Shown here piece by piece: positions 18,870 to 28,317 of a stretch of 64,000 nucleotides of DNA. Position numbers and translations under genes: made by a program. Source of the stretch: Candidatus Harrisonbacteria bacterium (lineage in GTDB: Bacteria > Patescibacteriota > Minisyncoccia > UBA6257 > 02-FULL-45-10c). Positions within the stretch are counted from its first letter, which is position 1, and each line of letters opens with the position of its first letter. Under the pieces are notes generated by a model that had not been told where the DNA came from, did not search any database, and saw only the letters and a program-made list of their open reading frames with translations. The stretch spans positions 15,119 to 79,118 of the forward strand of contig JACPTS010000003.1 of the NCBI GenBank assembly GCA_016192685.1. Direction: 5' to 3'.

Positions 18870-20972
18870 ATGGCCAGACAATATCCCCTGGAAAAAACAC
18901 GCGATATTGGAATTATCGCGCATATAGACGCCGGTAAAACCACCGTTTCCGAACGGATTCTTTTTTATACGGGAGTTTCGCATAAAATCGGCGAGGTGCA
19001 TGAAGGGGACACGGTGATGGACTGGATGGAACAGGAACGGGAGCGGGGCATTACCATTACTTCCGCCGCTACTACCTGTTTTTGGGTTCCTACCTATCAG
19101 CATGGTGATAAAAAATTTGAACACCGGATTAATTTAATTGATACTCCCGGGCATATTGATTTCACGGTTGAAGTAAAACGGTCTTTGCGCGTTCTGGACG
19201 GCGCCGTGGTGGTGTTTGACGGAGTGAGCGGAGTAGAGCCGCAGTCAGAAACCAACTGGCGTTACGCGGATGAATATAAAGTGCCGCGGCTTTGTTTTAT
19301 CAACAAATTGGACCGCACCGGCGCCAGCTTTGAAGGCAGTTACCAATCTATTTTGGAGCGATTAACGCCCAATGCGGTGCCGATTCAAATTCCTATCGGT
19401 TTGGAAAATAATTTTGAAGGAGTGGTGGATCTTTTAAAAATGAAAGCTTATCAATTTGAGGGAGAAAAAGGGGAAAAAATCAAAGAAATAGAAATTCCAG
19501 CCAATCTTTTGGAAGAAGCCAAAAAGCACCGCCACGCCTTAATTGAAAAAGTAGTTGAGCAGGATGATGATTTAATGTCCCATTATCTTGAGGGCAGGGA
19601 GCCGGACTTGAATTCTTTAAAAAGAGTGCTTAGAAAAGCAACAATTGCCAATACTCTGGTGCCGGTTGTTTGCGGTTCTGCCCTTAAGAATAAAGGCATA
19701 CAGCTGGTTTTAGACGCGGTCATAGATTATTTGCCTTCGCCGCTTGATTTGCCGCCGGTAAAAGGGCTGGATTTAAAATCCGGCGCGGAAATTACCAGGG
19801 AAGCCAGCGATGAGGCGCCGCTGGCCGCGCTCGCTTTTAAAATTGCCGCTGACCCGTTTGTCGGCAGTTTAACTTATTTCCGGGTTTATTCCGGAGTAAT
19901 GAAGCGAAGCACTTATGTTTTAAATTCCACGAAAAATATCAAAGAGCGGATTGGCCGGATGGTGCGGATGCATGCCAATCAGCGGGAAGAAGTGGAAGAA
20001 ATCCATGCCGGAGATTTAGGCGCCATTGTGGGATTAAAAGATACCACTACCGGAGACACGCTTTGCGATGAAAATAACCCGATTATTCTGGAAAAAATTA
20101 TTTTTCCCGAGCCGGTTATTTCTTTGCGCATTGAGCCGAAAACCAAGGCCGACCAGGAAAAAATGGGCATGGCTTTACGGCGTCTTAGTGAAGAAGACCC
20201 GACCTTCCGGGTGACCGGCGATATTGAAACCGGTGAAACGATTATCTGGGGAATGGGCGAATTGCATTTGGAAATTATTGTTGACCGGATGAAGCGTGAA
20301 TTTACCGTGCTTGCCAATGTGGGCCGTCCGCAGGTTGCTTACCGCGAAACTATTAAAATGGAAGCGGAAGCGGAAGGGAAATACATCAAGCAATCCGGCG
20401 GCCGCGGCCAATATGGACACGTGGAATTAAAAGTTGAACCGATGGAACGCGGCAAAGGATTTGAATTTGTGGATGATATCAAAGGAGGAGTGATTCCAAA
20501 AGAATTTATCAAACCGGTTGAAAAAGGGGTTATTGAAGCTATGCAAAAAGGCGTGGTTGCCGGCTATCCGTTAAATGATATGAAAGTTACTTTATATGAC
20601 GGTTCCTACCATGAAGTTGATTCGTCTGAAGCAGCTTTTAAAATTGCCGGTTCCATTGCTTTGCAGGAAGCGGCTAAACGGGCTAAACCGGTTTTGCTTG
20701 AGCCGATTATGAAAGTCCAAACTTTAGTGCCTTCAGAATTTATGGGTGACATTACCGGTGATTTAAGCTCTAAACGGGGGAAAATTGAGGCCATGACCGA
20801 CCGCGCCAACATTAAAGTCATTGACGCGAAAGTCCCGCTTTCGGAAATGTTCGGTTACGCGACTAAGCTCCGTTCCATGTCGCAAGGCCGCGGCAATTTT
20901 AATATGGAATTTTCCCACTATGAAGAAGTGCCGAATAATATTGCCGAATTGATTAAGGAAGGGAAAAAATAA
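18870..20972 (+). CDS. fusA: elongation factor G
   Basis: G-domain motifs ([21 protein letters not shown]) and EF-G domains II-V. 700 aa. Confidence 0.97.
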   Translation: MARQYPLEKTRDIGIIAHIDAGKTTVSERILFYTGVSHKIGEVHEGDTVMDWMEQERERGITITSAATTCFWVPTYQHGDKKFEHRINLIDTPGHIDFTVEVKRSLRVLDGAVVVFDGVSGVEPQSETNWRYADEYKVPRLCFINKLDRTGASFEGSYQSILERLTPNAVPIQIPIGLENNFEGVVDLLKMKAYQFEGEKGEKIKEIEIPANLLEEAKKHRHALIEKVVEQDDDLMSHYLEGREPDLNSLKRVLRKATIANTLVPVVCGSALKNKGIQLVLDAVIDYLPSPLDLPPVKGLDLKSGAEITREASDEAPLAALAFKIAADPFVGSLTYFRVYSGVMKRSTYVLNSTKNIKERIGRMVRMHANQREEVEEIHAGDLGAIVGLKDTTTGDTLCDENNPIILEKIIFPEPVISLRIEPKTKADQEKMGMALRRLSEEDPTFRVTGDIETGETIIWGMGELHLEIIVDRMKREFTVLANVGRPQVAYRETIKMEAEAEGKYIKQSGGRGQYGHVELKVEPMERGKGFEFVDDIKGGVIPKEFIKPVEKGVIEAMQKGVVAGYPLNDMKVTLYDGSYHEVDSSEAAFKIAGSIALQEAAKRAKPVLLEPIMKVQTLVPSEFMGDITGDLSSKRGKIEAMTDRANIKVIDAKVPLSEMFGYATKLRSMSQGRGNFNMEFSHYEEVPNNIAELIKEGKK

Positions 20973-20999
20973 AGTCTCGCTGAAAAGCGAGACTTTTTA
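20973..20999. terminator. bidirectional intrinsic terminator (AGTCTCGC-tgaaaa-GCGAGACT flanked by A/T runs)
   Basis: Perfect 8-bp stem between convergent fusA (+) and the CPBP-like gene (-). Confidence 0.6.
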
Positions 21000-21002
21000 T
21001 TT

Positions 21003-21680
21003 TTAAGGATGCCAAGTGTAAAATCCGGGACCGATTCTAAGATGATGATGCCAGGCTTCCGGCAAGCAATACATTGTTGATACGGCAAGAATCGCGTGAA
21101 AAACCGCCAGTAAATAAATATTTCTGGCGCGCTGGAAAAAATAGGCGCTTAGCCATCCGCCAATCAGCGTAACTGCTAAAAGCACCGGGTTAGGAATATG
21201 CACAAGCGAAAATAAAATTCCGGAAATTAAAACAGCGTTTTTTTGTGAAATTCCATTGATGCAAACAGCGGCTGCATCTTCAGCGGCGGCCGCATCTTCT
21301 AAACCGCAAAGCCGATTATAAAAATAGCCATTTAACAATAATTGCTGGAAAAAAGCCCAAGGCAAGTAGAGTAAAAAAAATTTCAGCATTTTAAGCGGAA
21401 GATAGGGAATAACGAAGAAAGACGGATTCCAAAATTCGCCGATTAATCCGATAGCGCGTTCAAAAAAAACAAAAGTGAAAATCATCAGCAGATATTGAAG
21501 TTCGTTTCCCGCGGGTTTAAAAAGCAATTTAAAAACTTTTGGATTTCGCCGCCAATATCTTAAAGCAAAAGCTAATGGCGCCAAGCCGATAAGCCAAGGC
21601 AACGCTTTTGAAATTTCGCCAGACCAGATGGCCAGCTGAATCAAAAGAAAAACCAGCCCGACTTCGCTGAGCAGTCCCAT
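21003..21680 (-). CDS. CPBP-family (CAAX-protease-like) intramembrane protein
   Basis: Multi-TM protein with FSLVH (FxxxH) and a downstream H-x3 motif. Contains an Ala-rich low-complexity insert (EDAAAAEDAAA) caused by a short DNA direct repeat. Confidence 0.4.
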   Translation of the reverse strand: MGLLSEVGLVFLLIQLAIWSGEISKALPWLIGLAPLAFALRYWRRNPKVFKLLFKPAGNELQYLLMIFTFVFFERAIGLIGEFWNPSFFVIPYLPLKMLKFFLLYLPWAFFQQLLLNGYFYNRLCGLEDAAAAEDAAAVCINGISQKNAVLISGILFSLVHIPNPVLLAVTLIGGWLSAYFFQRARNIYLLAVFHAILAVSTMYCLPEAWHHHLRIGPGFYTWHP

Positions 21681-21773
21681 ATTTTTTAATTTTTCAATAT
21701 TACTGATTTCAGATTAACAGTCGGCGTATTTTATTGCAATGCGAGAATTATTTTTATTAACATTTCAGAGGTA

Positions 21774-21801
21774 TTGACACTTTTAACTGTTTTCATATAT
21801 A
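21774..21801 (+). promoter_or_regulatory. putative tuf promoter (TTGACA, 16-bp spacer, TATATA)
   Basis: Consensus -35 with an A/T -10. A CAGCGGC...GCCGCTG hairpin at about 21851-21881 lies in the leader. Confidence 0.4.
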
Positions 21802-21893
21802 CTATTTTGTATTGTGCGTCGAGTGTAATTAATAATTAAAAATAAAATTTTATAGACAGCGGCATGGCTTAAAAGCCGCTGGAAATTAAGGTT

Positions 21894-23093
21894 ATGGCAG
21901 AAAAAGCCAAATTTGAACGGAAAAAGCCGCACGTAAACGTCGGCACCATCGGACACGTTGACCACGGCAAAACTACTTTGACCGCGGCTTTAACGCACGT
22001 CCTTTTTTTAAAAGGTTTCGCTTCCAAAGAAGAAAAAGTAGATGACATTGACAATGCTCCGGAAGAAAAAGCCCGCGGCATTACTATTGCTCTTCATCAT
22101 TCGGAATATGAATCCGAAAAGCGCCATTACGCGCACGTAGACGCTCCGGGCCACGCTGATTACATTAAAAATATGATTACCGGCGCCGCCCAGATGGATG
22201 GCGCAATTATTGTGGTTTCCGCCGCGGATGGCCCAATGCCTCAAACCAGAGAACATATTTTACTTGCCCGCCAAGTCGGCGTGCCGGCACTAGTTGTTTT
22301 CTTAAATAAAGTGGATATGGTGGATGATAAAGAACTTATAGATTTAGTGGAATCAGAAGTCCGGGAGCTCTTGAAAAAATATGATTTTCCGGGCGATACC
22401 ACTCCGGTTATCCGCGGTTCGGCGCTGAAAGCTTTAAATGTTAAATCTGCTGATGACGCTGACGCTAAACCGATTTTAGACTTAGTGAAAGCTCTAGACG
22501 AATTTATTCCCGAACCGGTTAGGGATATCAGCAAACCGTTTTTGATGCCGATTGAAGACATATTTTCTATTGAAGGCCGCGGCACTGTGGTTACCGGCCG
22601 TGTTGAAAGAGGGGTAGCCAAACTTAACGAAGAATTAGAGATAATCGGTCTTAAGCCAACCGCTAAAACTGTTGTTACCGGCATTGAAATGTTTAATAAG
22701 CTTTTAGACGAAGGCCGAGCTGGCGATAATGTCGGCGTACTTCTGAGGGGCCTTAAAAAAGAAGATGTGGAACGCGGACAAGTGCTGGCCAAGCCCGGAT
22801 CAGTCACTCCGCACACCGAATTTGAAACTGAAGTATATGTTTTAAGCAAAGAAGAAGGCGGCCGGCATACTCCTTTCTTTAAGGGATATAAGCCGCAATT
22901 CTATATCAGAACTACCGACGTCACCGGCGAAGTAATCTTGCCGGAAGGAATGGAAATGGTGATGCCGGGAGATACGGTAAAACTTTCGGTGAAACTCATT
23001 GCTCCAGTGGCCCTGGAAGAAAAACAGCGCTTTGCCATCCGTGAAGGAGGCAAAACAGTTGGAGCAGGAGTAGTTATTAAAATCCTGAAATAG
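21894..23093 (+). CDS. tuf: elongation factor Tu
   Basis: [22 protein letters not shown] motifs. 399 aa. Confidence 0.97.
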   Translation: MAEKAKFERKKPHVNVGTIGHVDHGKTTLTAALTHVLFLKGFASKEEKVDDIDNAPEEKARGITIALHHSEYESEKRHYAHVDAPGHADYIKNMITGAAQMDGAIIVVSAADGPMPQTREHILLARQVGVPALVVFLNKVDMVDDKELIDLVESEVRELLKKYDFPGDTTPVIRGSALKALNVKSADDADAKPILDLVKALDEFIPEPVRDISKPFLMPIEDIFSIEGRGTVVTGRVERGVAKLNEELEIIGLKPTAKTVVTGIEMFNKLLDEGRAGDNVGVLLRGLKKEDVERGQVLAKPGSVTPHTEFETEVYVLSKEEGGRHTPFFKGYKPQFYIRTTDVTGEVILPEGMEMVMPGDTVKLSVKLIAPVALEEKQRFAIREGGKTVGAGVVIKILK

Positions 23094-23123
23094 GATTTTG
23101 ATATAAGCCCTATTGGCCCAATT

Positions 23124-23141
23124 AGTCCTCTAGGTCCTATA
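23124..23141. repeat. TAGGTCCTA-type 9-bp motif cluster upstream of rpsJ (AGTCCTCTAGGTCCTATA)
   Basis: Member of the recurrent GTCCTA/TAGGAC motif family, about 5 bp before the rpsJ start. Confidence 0.45.
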
Positions 23142-23145
23142 TCTT

Positions 23146-23478
23146 ATGGCAATGGTAAAAAAAGACATTGAAAAAGAAAAATTAAGGTTAAGGATCAAGG
23201 CTTATGACCATAAGCTGATTGACAATTCTTGCCGCCAAATTATTGATACGGCAAAACGTCAAGACGCGGAAGTAATCGGCCCAACTCCTTTGCCAACCGA
23301 AATTCGAAAATACACGGTGAATCGCTCTACGTTTGTCCATAAAGATTCCCGCGAACAATTTGAGCTTCGGGTGCATAAAAGATTAATTGATATTTTGAAT
23401 CCGAATCAAAAAATCATTGAATCGCTTTCTGCCCTTAATTTACCTGCAGGTGTTGATATTGAAATTAAAATGGTGTAG
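23146..23478 (+). CDS. rpsJ: 30S ribosomal protein S10
   Basis: 110 aa with the conserved S10 core ([12 protein letters not shown] ... GPTPLPT). Confidence 0.95.
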   Translation: MAMVKKDIEKEKLRLRIKAYDHKLIDNSCRQIIDTAKRQDAEVIGPTPLPTEIRKYTVNRSTFVHKDSREQFELRVHKRLIDILNPNQKIIESLSALNLPAGVDIEIKMV

Positions 23479-23519
23479 AATCAATCAACATCATAAGGAA
23501 TTAGCCAAAATAAGATGAT

Positions 23520-23550
23520 AAAAAATCACAGGCTAAGCCTGTGATTTTTT
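23520..23550 (+). terminator. strong terminator/attenuator-like hairpin between rpsJ and rplC (AAAAAATCACAGGC-taa-GCCTGTGATTTTTT)
   Basis: Perfect 14-bp stem, 3-nt loop and a T6 run, inside what is normally one operon. Confidence 0.6.
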
Positions 23551-23559
23551 ATAAACAAT

Positions 23560-23982
23560 ATGGAAAAGGTTTTAGCAACAAAATTAAAAATGACTCAAAT
23601 TTGGAAAGGCGATGCCGTTGCGTCAGTCTCACCATTGAAATTGGCTGAAAGCGCCAAAATAGAAGAATTTAAAGAAGGGGACTTAGTGAAGGTGAGCGGC
23701 GTAACCAAAGGCCATGGTTTTCAGGGCGTTGTAAAAAGATATAGTTTTGCCGGCGGACCAAAAACTCACGGCCAGAAAAATCGCTACCGGGCTCCGGGTT
23801 CTATCGGCAATACTTCTCCGCAAAGAGTTGTTCCCGGCCGAAAAATGGCCGGCCGGATGGGAGGAAAGAAAAAAACCATTCGGAATTTAACAGTCATAGC
23901 GATTAATAAGGATCAAGGAACAATTTTAGTTAAAGGATCAGTTCCGGGAAATGCCGGCGGGAAATTAACTATTATTAAATAG
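23560..23982 (+). CDS. rplC: 50S ribosomal protein L3 (short form, 140 aa)
   Basis: Conserved L3 segments (GVTKGHGFQGVVKR, GQKNRYRAPGSIG). Shorter than the canonical protein. Confidence 0.85.
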   Translation: MEKVLATKLKMTQIWKGDAVASVSPLKLAESAKIEEFKEGDLVKVSGVTKGHGFQGVVKRYSFAGGPKTHGQKNRYRAPGSIGNTSPQRVVPGRKMAGRMGGKKKTIRNLTVIAINKDQGTILVKGSVPGNAGGKLTIIK

Positions 23983-23998
23983 GTCCTATAAGACTTAT
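23979..23998. repeat. ATAGGTCCTATAAGACTTAT motif immediately upstream of rplD
   Basis: Member of the recurrent GTCCTA/TAGGAC (TAAGTCCTA-type) motif family, ending 7 bp before the ATG. Confidence 0.5.
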
Positions 23999-24005
23999 AA
24001 AATTT

Positions 24006-24632
24006 ATGGAAAATATTAAAGTTTACAATCAGGATGGCAATGTAACCGGCGAAATGGAAGCGCCGCGATTTTTATCTTCCAAATGGAATGGCGCCTTAAT
24101 CCATCAGGTATTTAAAGCAATCGTCGCGAATAAACGGCATCCGATTGCCCATACTAAGGATCGCAGCGAAGTCAGCGGCGGCGGCATTAAGCCGTGGCGC
24201 CAAAAAGGGACTGGCCGGGCAAGGCAGGGTTCTATCCGTTCGCCGCTTTGGCGGCACGGAGGAATAACTTTTGGCCCGCGGAATACCACGGATTTTTCTC
24301 AAAAAATCAACCGGAAGATGCTGAAAAAGGCGCTTTGGGAAGTTTTAGCTAAAAAATATTCTTTAAATCAGCTGAAAGTAATTAAAGATTTAGAAGTTAA
24401 TCCAAAAACTAAAGAATTAAACCGGATAATAACTAATTTAGTCGGCCAAAAAACTGCCTTATTGGCCGTAAGCAGCGCCAATAAAAATGTTTTCCGGGCG
24501 GCTGGCAACCTTGCCAAAATCAAAGCTCTGCCGATCAAAAATCTAAGCGTTTACGATGTTTTAAATTACCAATATGTTTTGCTGGATCAGGCGGCGCTTA
24601 CGGAATTAACAAATAATTATGCCTCTAAATAA
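24006..24632 (+). CDS. rplD: 50S ribosomal protein L4
   Basis: 208 aa, L4 family, in operon order. Confidence 0.9.
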   Translation: MENIKVYNQDGNVTGEMEAPRFLSSKWNGALIHQVFKAIVANKRHPIAHTKDRSEVSGGGIKPWRQKGTGRARQGSIRSPLWRHGGITFGPRNTTDFSQKINRKMLKKALWEVLAKKYSLNQLKVIKDLEVNPKTKELNRIITNLVGQKTALLAVSSANKNVFRAAGNLAKIKALPIKNLSVYDVLNYQYVLLDQAALTELTNNYASK

Positions 24633-24903
24633 ATTTGCCGTTAAAAATCCAATCGTAACGGAAAAATCCACCGAATTAGGCAAAAACGGAAAGTATGTTT
24701 TTTTGATTGACAAAAATACTACCGCTTCCGAAGCAAAAAAAATAGTAGAGAATATTTATCAAGTAAAAGTTATCGGCACTAACGTTATTAATATTAAGAG
24801 CAAGAAACGCCGGCTGGGAAATTCAGTCGGCATTAAACCCGGTTATAAAAAGGTTATTATGACTTTCCAAAAGGGGCAAAAATTAGATATACTATCGCAG
24901 TAA
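24619..24903 (+). CDS. rplW: 50S ribosomal protein L23
   Basis: 94 aa, L23, overlapping the rplD end. Confidence 0.9.
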   Translation: MPLNKFAVKNPIVTEKSTELGKNGKYVFLIDKNTTASEAKKIVENIYQVKVIGTNVINIKSKKRRLGNSVGIKPGYKKVIMTFQKGQKLDILSQ

Positions 24904-24913
24904 TAAAATAAAT

Positions 24914-25738
24914 ATGAAGACTTATAAACCCACAACTCCATCGCGAAGACAATTGACTACCGTTGATTACGGTGTTTTAACCGCGGTAAAACCGATGAAA
25001 GCGCTGACGGCTAAATTAGCTTCGCGGGCCGGAAGAAATAATCAAGGCAGAATTACTATGAGGCATCAGGGAAGCGGCAATAAAAAAACTTACCGATTAG
25101 TTGATTTTAAGCAGGATAAAATCGGCATTCCCGGCAGAGTAAAAACAATTGAATATGACCCTTATCGGACTGCTTTTATCGCTCTGATAGTTTATAAAGA
25201 CGGGGAATGGCGGTATATTTTAGCTCCAAAAGATTTAACAATAGGCGCGGAAATTTTAACCGCCCAGCAGGCGCCGCTGGCTGTCGGCAATCGTTTGATT
25301 TTAAAGAATATTCCTATCGGTTATTTAGTTTATAATGTGGAATCTCATCCGAATAAAGGAGGCCAGCTGGCCCGTTCCGCCGGAGCTTATGCCGAAGTAT
25401 TGGGCCAGGAAGGAAATTATTCAATTTTAAAGCTTTCTTCCGGAGAAGTTCGCAAGGTTTTGTCCGACAGCTTTGCTTCTATCGGCCAAGTTTCTAATCC
25501 GGACTGGAATTTAGTGAATATCGGGAAAGCCGGGCGCTCCCGCTGGCTCGGCATTCGGCCAACAGTTCGCGGTAATGCCATGAATCCAGTGGATCATCCT
25601 CACGGCGGCGGAGAAGGCCGGCAGCCAAGAGGAACCAAGCGCCCTAAAGATATCTGGGGTAATATAACCGGAGGCCGCAAAACCAGAAATAAAAATAAAT
25701 GGTCAAATAAATTAATTATGCAGAGACGGCCAAAATAA
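24914..25738 (+). CDS. rplB: 50S ribosomal protein L2
   Basis: 274 aa with the conserved HPHGGGEG motif. Confidence 0.95.
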   Translation: MKTYKPTTPSRRQLTTVDYGVLTAVKPMKALTAKLASRAGRNNQGRITMRHQGSGNKKTYRLVDFKQDKIGIPGRVKTIEYDPYRTAFIALIVYKDGEWRYILAPKDLTIGAEILTAQQAPLAVGNRLILKNIPIGYLVYNVESHPNKGGQLARSAGAYAEVLGQEGNYSILKLSSGEVRKVLSDSFASIGQVSNPDWNLVNIGKAGRSRWLGIRPTVRGNAMNPVDHPHGGGEGRQPRGTKRPKDIWGNITGGRKTRNKNKWSNKLIMQRRPK

Positions 25739-25739
25739 T

Positions 25740-26072
25740 ATGTCACGTTCAAGTAAAAAGGGTCCTTATGTTGACCCCAAATTATTGAAGAAAATTACTA
25801 AGGTGAAGCCGGACGGAAAAACGGTTATTAAAACCTGGTCCCGGGATTCCGAAATCGCGCCGGAAATGGTCGGCTATACTTTTGGCGTCCATAACGGGAA
25901 AAACTTTATAGAAGTATTAATCAAAGAAGAAATGGTCGGGCATCGCCTTGGAGAATTTTCTTTGACTAGAAAATTCCTTCGGCATGGCGGAAAAATGCAG
26001 AGAGAGCTGGAAACTACTGCCCAAACCAAAGCGGCTCCGCCCGGCGGAACAGCCACGCCACCCAAAAAATAA
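25740..26072 (+). CDS. rpsS: 30S ribosomal protein S19 (with C-terminal extension)
   Basis: S19 core ([12 protein letters not shown] ... VHNGK) plus a low-complexity 18-aa tail. Confidence 0.9.
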   Translation: MSRSSKKGPYVDPKLLKKITKVKPDGKTVIKTWSRDSEIAPEMVGYTFGVHNGKNFIEVLIKEEMVGHRLGEFSLTRKFLRHGGKMQRELETTAQTKAAPPGGTATPPKK

Positions 26073-26090
26073 GTCCAACTAGTAAAATTT

Positions 26091-26588
26091 ATGACAAAAG
26101 TAACCGCAAAATTAAATTATTTGCACATAGCGCCGAGAAAAGTCCGGCTTATTGCCAATGCCCTGAAAGGACTATCCGTTAATGAGGCGGAGGCTCAGCT
26201 TTTATTCCGGCCGCAGCGTCCGGCAAAACCGCTTCTTGACCTTTTGCGTTCTGCCGCCGCCAGCGCTAAATATAACCATAAATTAAACCCGGATAAATTA
26301 ATAATTAGCAGCATTAAAGTAGATCAGGGGCCGATGATAAAAAGATCTCTGCCGCGGGCAATGGGCAGAGCAACGCCGCTCCAGAAAAAAATGAGCCATA
26401 TTTCCCTGATTTTAGAAGAAAAATCTCTGGTTAAATCGCCGCGTTTCAATATTGTAATTACAAAAAAAGAAAAAACGCCCAAAAAAGAAAGTAAAGCTGT
26501 TAAACCAAAAATAGGAGTGGCAAAGGTGGCGAAACCAAAAGAACAAGTTGGGTTTTTTAGAAAAATGTTTAACAGAAAAAGCGTATAA
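26091..26588 (+). CDS. rplV: 50S ribosomal protein L22 (with Lys-rich C-terminal extension)
   Basis: L22 core plus a K-rich extension. Confidence 0.9.
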   Translation: MTKVTAKLNYLHIAPRKVRLIANALKGLSVNEAEAQLLFRPQRPAKPLLDLLRSAAASAKYNHKLNPDKLIISSIKVDQGPMIKRSLPRAMGRATPLQKKMSHISLILEEKSLVKSPRFNIVITKKEKTPKKESKAVKPKIGVAKVAKPKEQVGFFRKMFNRKSV

Positions 26589-26591
26589 TTT

Positions 26592-27245
26592 ATGGGTCAT
26601 AAAATTCATCCAAATTCATACAGGACAGGCGTAACCAAAGATTGGAGCGCCCGGTGGTTCGCTAAGGATAATTTTGAAAACTTTTTAAAGGCAGATTTGG
26701 CAATCCGCAAAGTGATAAAAGAAAAAATCGGCGATGCCGGCATTGATAAAATAGATATTGAAAGAAGCGGGTCTCGTTGCCGTATTTCAATTAAGGCCGC
26801 TAAACCGGGTTTAATTATCGGCCGCGGCGGCAAGGGAATTGAAGAACTGACTAAAGCCATTGAAACTGCTCTTAAAAAATTATTCTCTAAAAGCAAAGTT
26901 TCTCTGCCGGGTATCAGTTTAAATGTGGAGGAATTAAAACGTTCTGATGTTTCCGCTTCGGTTACTGCCCAGCAACTTGCCTGGAATCTGGAAAAAAGGA
27001 TGCCTTTCCGTAGAACGATGAAAAAACAATTGGATTCCATAATGCAAAATAGAGGAGTGCAGGGGGCAAAGATTAAATTATCCGGCCGGCTGGACGGCAA
27101 TGAAATCGCAAGAAAAGAATGGCTGGCTAAAGGCCGGCTTCCGCTTACCACCCTGCGCGCCAACATTGATTATGGAGAGGCAACCGCTTTTAATAGTTAT
27201 GGAACCGTCGGAATAAAAGTGTGGATTTATAAAGGTGAGATTTAA
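26592..27245 (+). CDS. rpsC: 30S ribosomal protein S3
   Basis: KH domain and S3 C-terminal domain. 217 aa. Confidence 0.95.
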   Translation: MGHKIHPNSYRTGVTKDWSARWFAKDNFENFLKADLAIRKVIKEKIGDAGIDKIDIERSGSRCRISIKAAKPGLIIGRGGKGIEELTKAIETALKKLFSKSKVSLPGISLNVEELKRSDVSASVTAQQLAWNLEKRMPFRRTMKKQLDSIMQNRGVQGAKIKLSGRLDGNEIARKEWLAKGRLPLTTLRANIDYGEATAFNSYGTVGIKVWIYKGEI

Positions 27246-27263
27246 TAAGCCTTTATTAAAATT

Positions 27264-27423
27264 ATGTTAACTCCTAAAAAAATAAAACATCGCAAGTGGA
27301 CAAAAACTCTCGGAAACCCTCGGTTTTCCGACGTCGCTTCGCTCCTGCCTTCCGATACGGGAAAACCTACGTTTTCCCGCCCCCTTTCCTCCTTTTGCCA
27401 TTTTCAAGGTAAAACACTATAAT
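27264..27423 (+). other. diverged duplicate of the rplP 5' end (52-codon u[15 protein letters not shown]...) fused to GC-rich hairpins
   Basis: Starts 19 bp after the rpsC stop and encodes [12 protein letters not shown], identical to the L16 N-terminus but with different codons. It then diverges and contains a perfect 9-bp-stem hairpin CGGGAAAAC-ctac-GTTTTCCCG. Confidence 0.6.
27395..27423 (+). promoter_or_regulatory. internal promoter directly upstream of rplP (TTGCCA, 17-bp spacer, TATAAT)
   Basis: Near-consensus hexamers with exact spacing inside the ribosomal operon, 8 bp before the rplP ATG. Confidence 0.45.
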
Positions 27424-27431
27424 AAATCACT

Positions 27432-27845
27432 ATGCTTACCCCAAAAAAGATAAAACATAGAAAATGGCAAAAGGGCCGTTCAATAAACCGGAAAATTGAA
27501 ACGCGCGGCGCCACTCTTTCTTACGGCAGTTTTGGATTAAAAGCCCAATCCGGCGCCTGGATTAACAGCCGGCAGATTGAGGCTGCCCGCCGAGCCATCA
27601 GTAATTTTGTTAAAAGAGAAGGAAAGGTGTGGATCCGAATTTTCCCGGATAAGCCGATTACCCAAAAACCGCCGGAGGTTACTATGGGCGGCGGCAAGGG
27701 AGATGTTAAAGAATTTGTTTTTCCGGTCCGGCCGGGGAGGATTCTTTTTGAAATGGACGGCGTTGCTCCGGAGATTGCCAAAGAGGCTCTCCGTTTAGCG
27801 GGATTTAAACTGCCGATTAAAACCAAAATTATCATTAAAGAATAA
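27432..27845 (+). CDS. rplP: 50S ribosomal protein L16
   Basis: 137 aa with the conserved L16 N-terminus and core ([25 protein letters not shown]). Confidence 0.95.
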   Translation: MLTPKKIKHRKWQKGRSINRKIETRGATLSYGSFGLKAQSGAWINSRQIEAARRAISNFVKREGKVWIRIFPDKPITQKPPEVTMGGGKGDVKEFVFPVRPGRILFEMDGVAPEIAKEALRLAGFKLPIKTKIIIKE

Positions 27846-27846
27846 A

Positions 27847-28112
27847 GCGATGTCTAAACTAATATTATCACTAATTAACAAGAGCTATTTTATTTTAAAT
27901 CCAAGGCGCGACAACGAGCTTGTGGTTTTACCACAGCGAGGAGGAGCAACGAAGGAGTTAAATAAAATAGCCTTGCCCTTCGGGAGAATTGATTTTGACC
28001 AATTTCTGCGTTATTTCTCCTCGCAGTATGTTCATACAGCTTCGTCGAAAAGCCTTGAAATTGATACAAAATCAATTCTTTAATTTAGTAAGAATATTAG
28101 TTTAGACATCGC
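27847..28112. mobile_element. R3-family structured palindromic element (about 265 bp, MITE/ERIC-like) between rplP and rpmC
   Basis: 20-bp perfect terminal inverted repeats GCGATGTCTAAACTAATATT at 27847-27866 and 28093-28112. Internal arms are imperfectly complementary (GCGAGGAGGA/TCTCCTCGC, CAAGGCGCGACAACGAGCTTG/CAGCTTCGTCGAAAAGCCTTG). The central motif CCCTTCGGGA at 27976-27985 is shared with the copy at 38862-39128. A third, 16-bp copy of the terminal motif lies at 28299-28314. Confidence 0.65.
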
Positions 28113-28114
28113 AT

Positions 28115-28306
28115 ATGAAGAAAGATCTATTACAAAATTTGCGAGAGAAAAATAAAGATGAACTCTTGAAAGAGCTGCAGTCTTCAAAGGATAATTTGTG
28201 GCAATTACAGAGAGATTTAAAAAGAGGCAAGGTTAAAAATATCAAAGAAGCACGTAATCTGAAAAAGACCATCGCGGTCATTAATACTTTATTAAGTAAT
28301 GTCTAA
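28115..28306 (+). CDS. rpmC: 50S ribosomal protein L29
   Basis: 63 aa, helical, L29-like, in operon order. Confidence 0.85.
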   Translation: MKKDLLQNLREKNKDELLKELQSSKDNLWQLQRDLKRGKVKNIKEARNLKKTIAVINTLLSNV

Positions 28307-28314
28307 ACTAATAT
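28299..28314 (+). repeat. solo copy of the R3 terminal motif ATGTCTAAACTAATAT between rpmC and rpsQ
   Basis: 16/16 identity to the core of the element 1 inverted repeats. It overlaps the rpmC stop codon. Confidence 0.6.
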
Positions 28315-28317
28315 AAT

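Noticed and set aside
21255-21300. Ala-rich insert (EDAAAAEDAAA) in CPBP-like gene as a functional motif
   Set aside because: It is explained by a short DNA direct repeat (GCATCTTC-containing units), which points to local slippage. It is not annotated as a feature of interest.
19979-23376. Antisense and overlapping ORFs inside fusA, tuf and rpsJ (19979-20317 -, 20175-20420 -, 20606-20821 -, 21869-22081 -, 22008-22256 -, 22241-22849 -, 23188-23376 -)
   Set aside because: They lie opposite conserved translation-factor genes and have no independent signals.
27264-27423. Interpretation of the rplP 5' duplicate as a recent tandem duplication or assembly artefact
   Set aside because: The two copies encode the same 12 residues with about 25% nucleotide differences (synonymous-type), so it is not a fresh duplication. 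It is kept as a finding but not called a pseudogene.
27850-28083. 77-aa ORF between rplP and rpmC
   Set aside because: It lies wholly inside a non-coding element with 20-bp perfect terminal inverted repeats and hairpin arms. The same PFG(R/K) tripeptide frame does appear in the second element copy, but that frame is interrupted by a stop there. It is treated as element sequence, not a gene.
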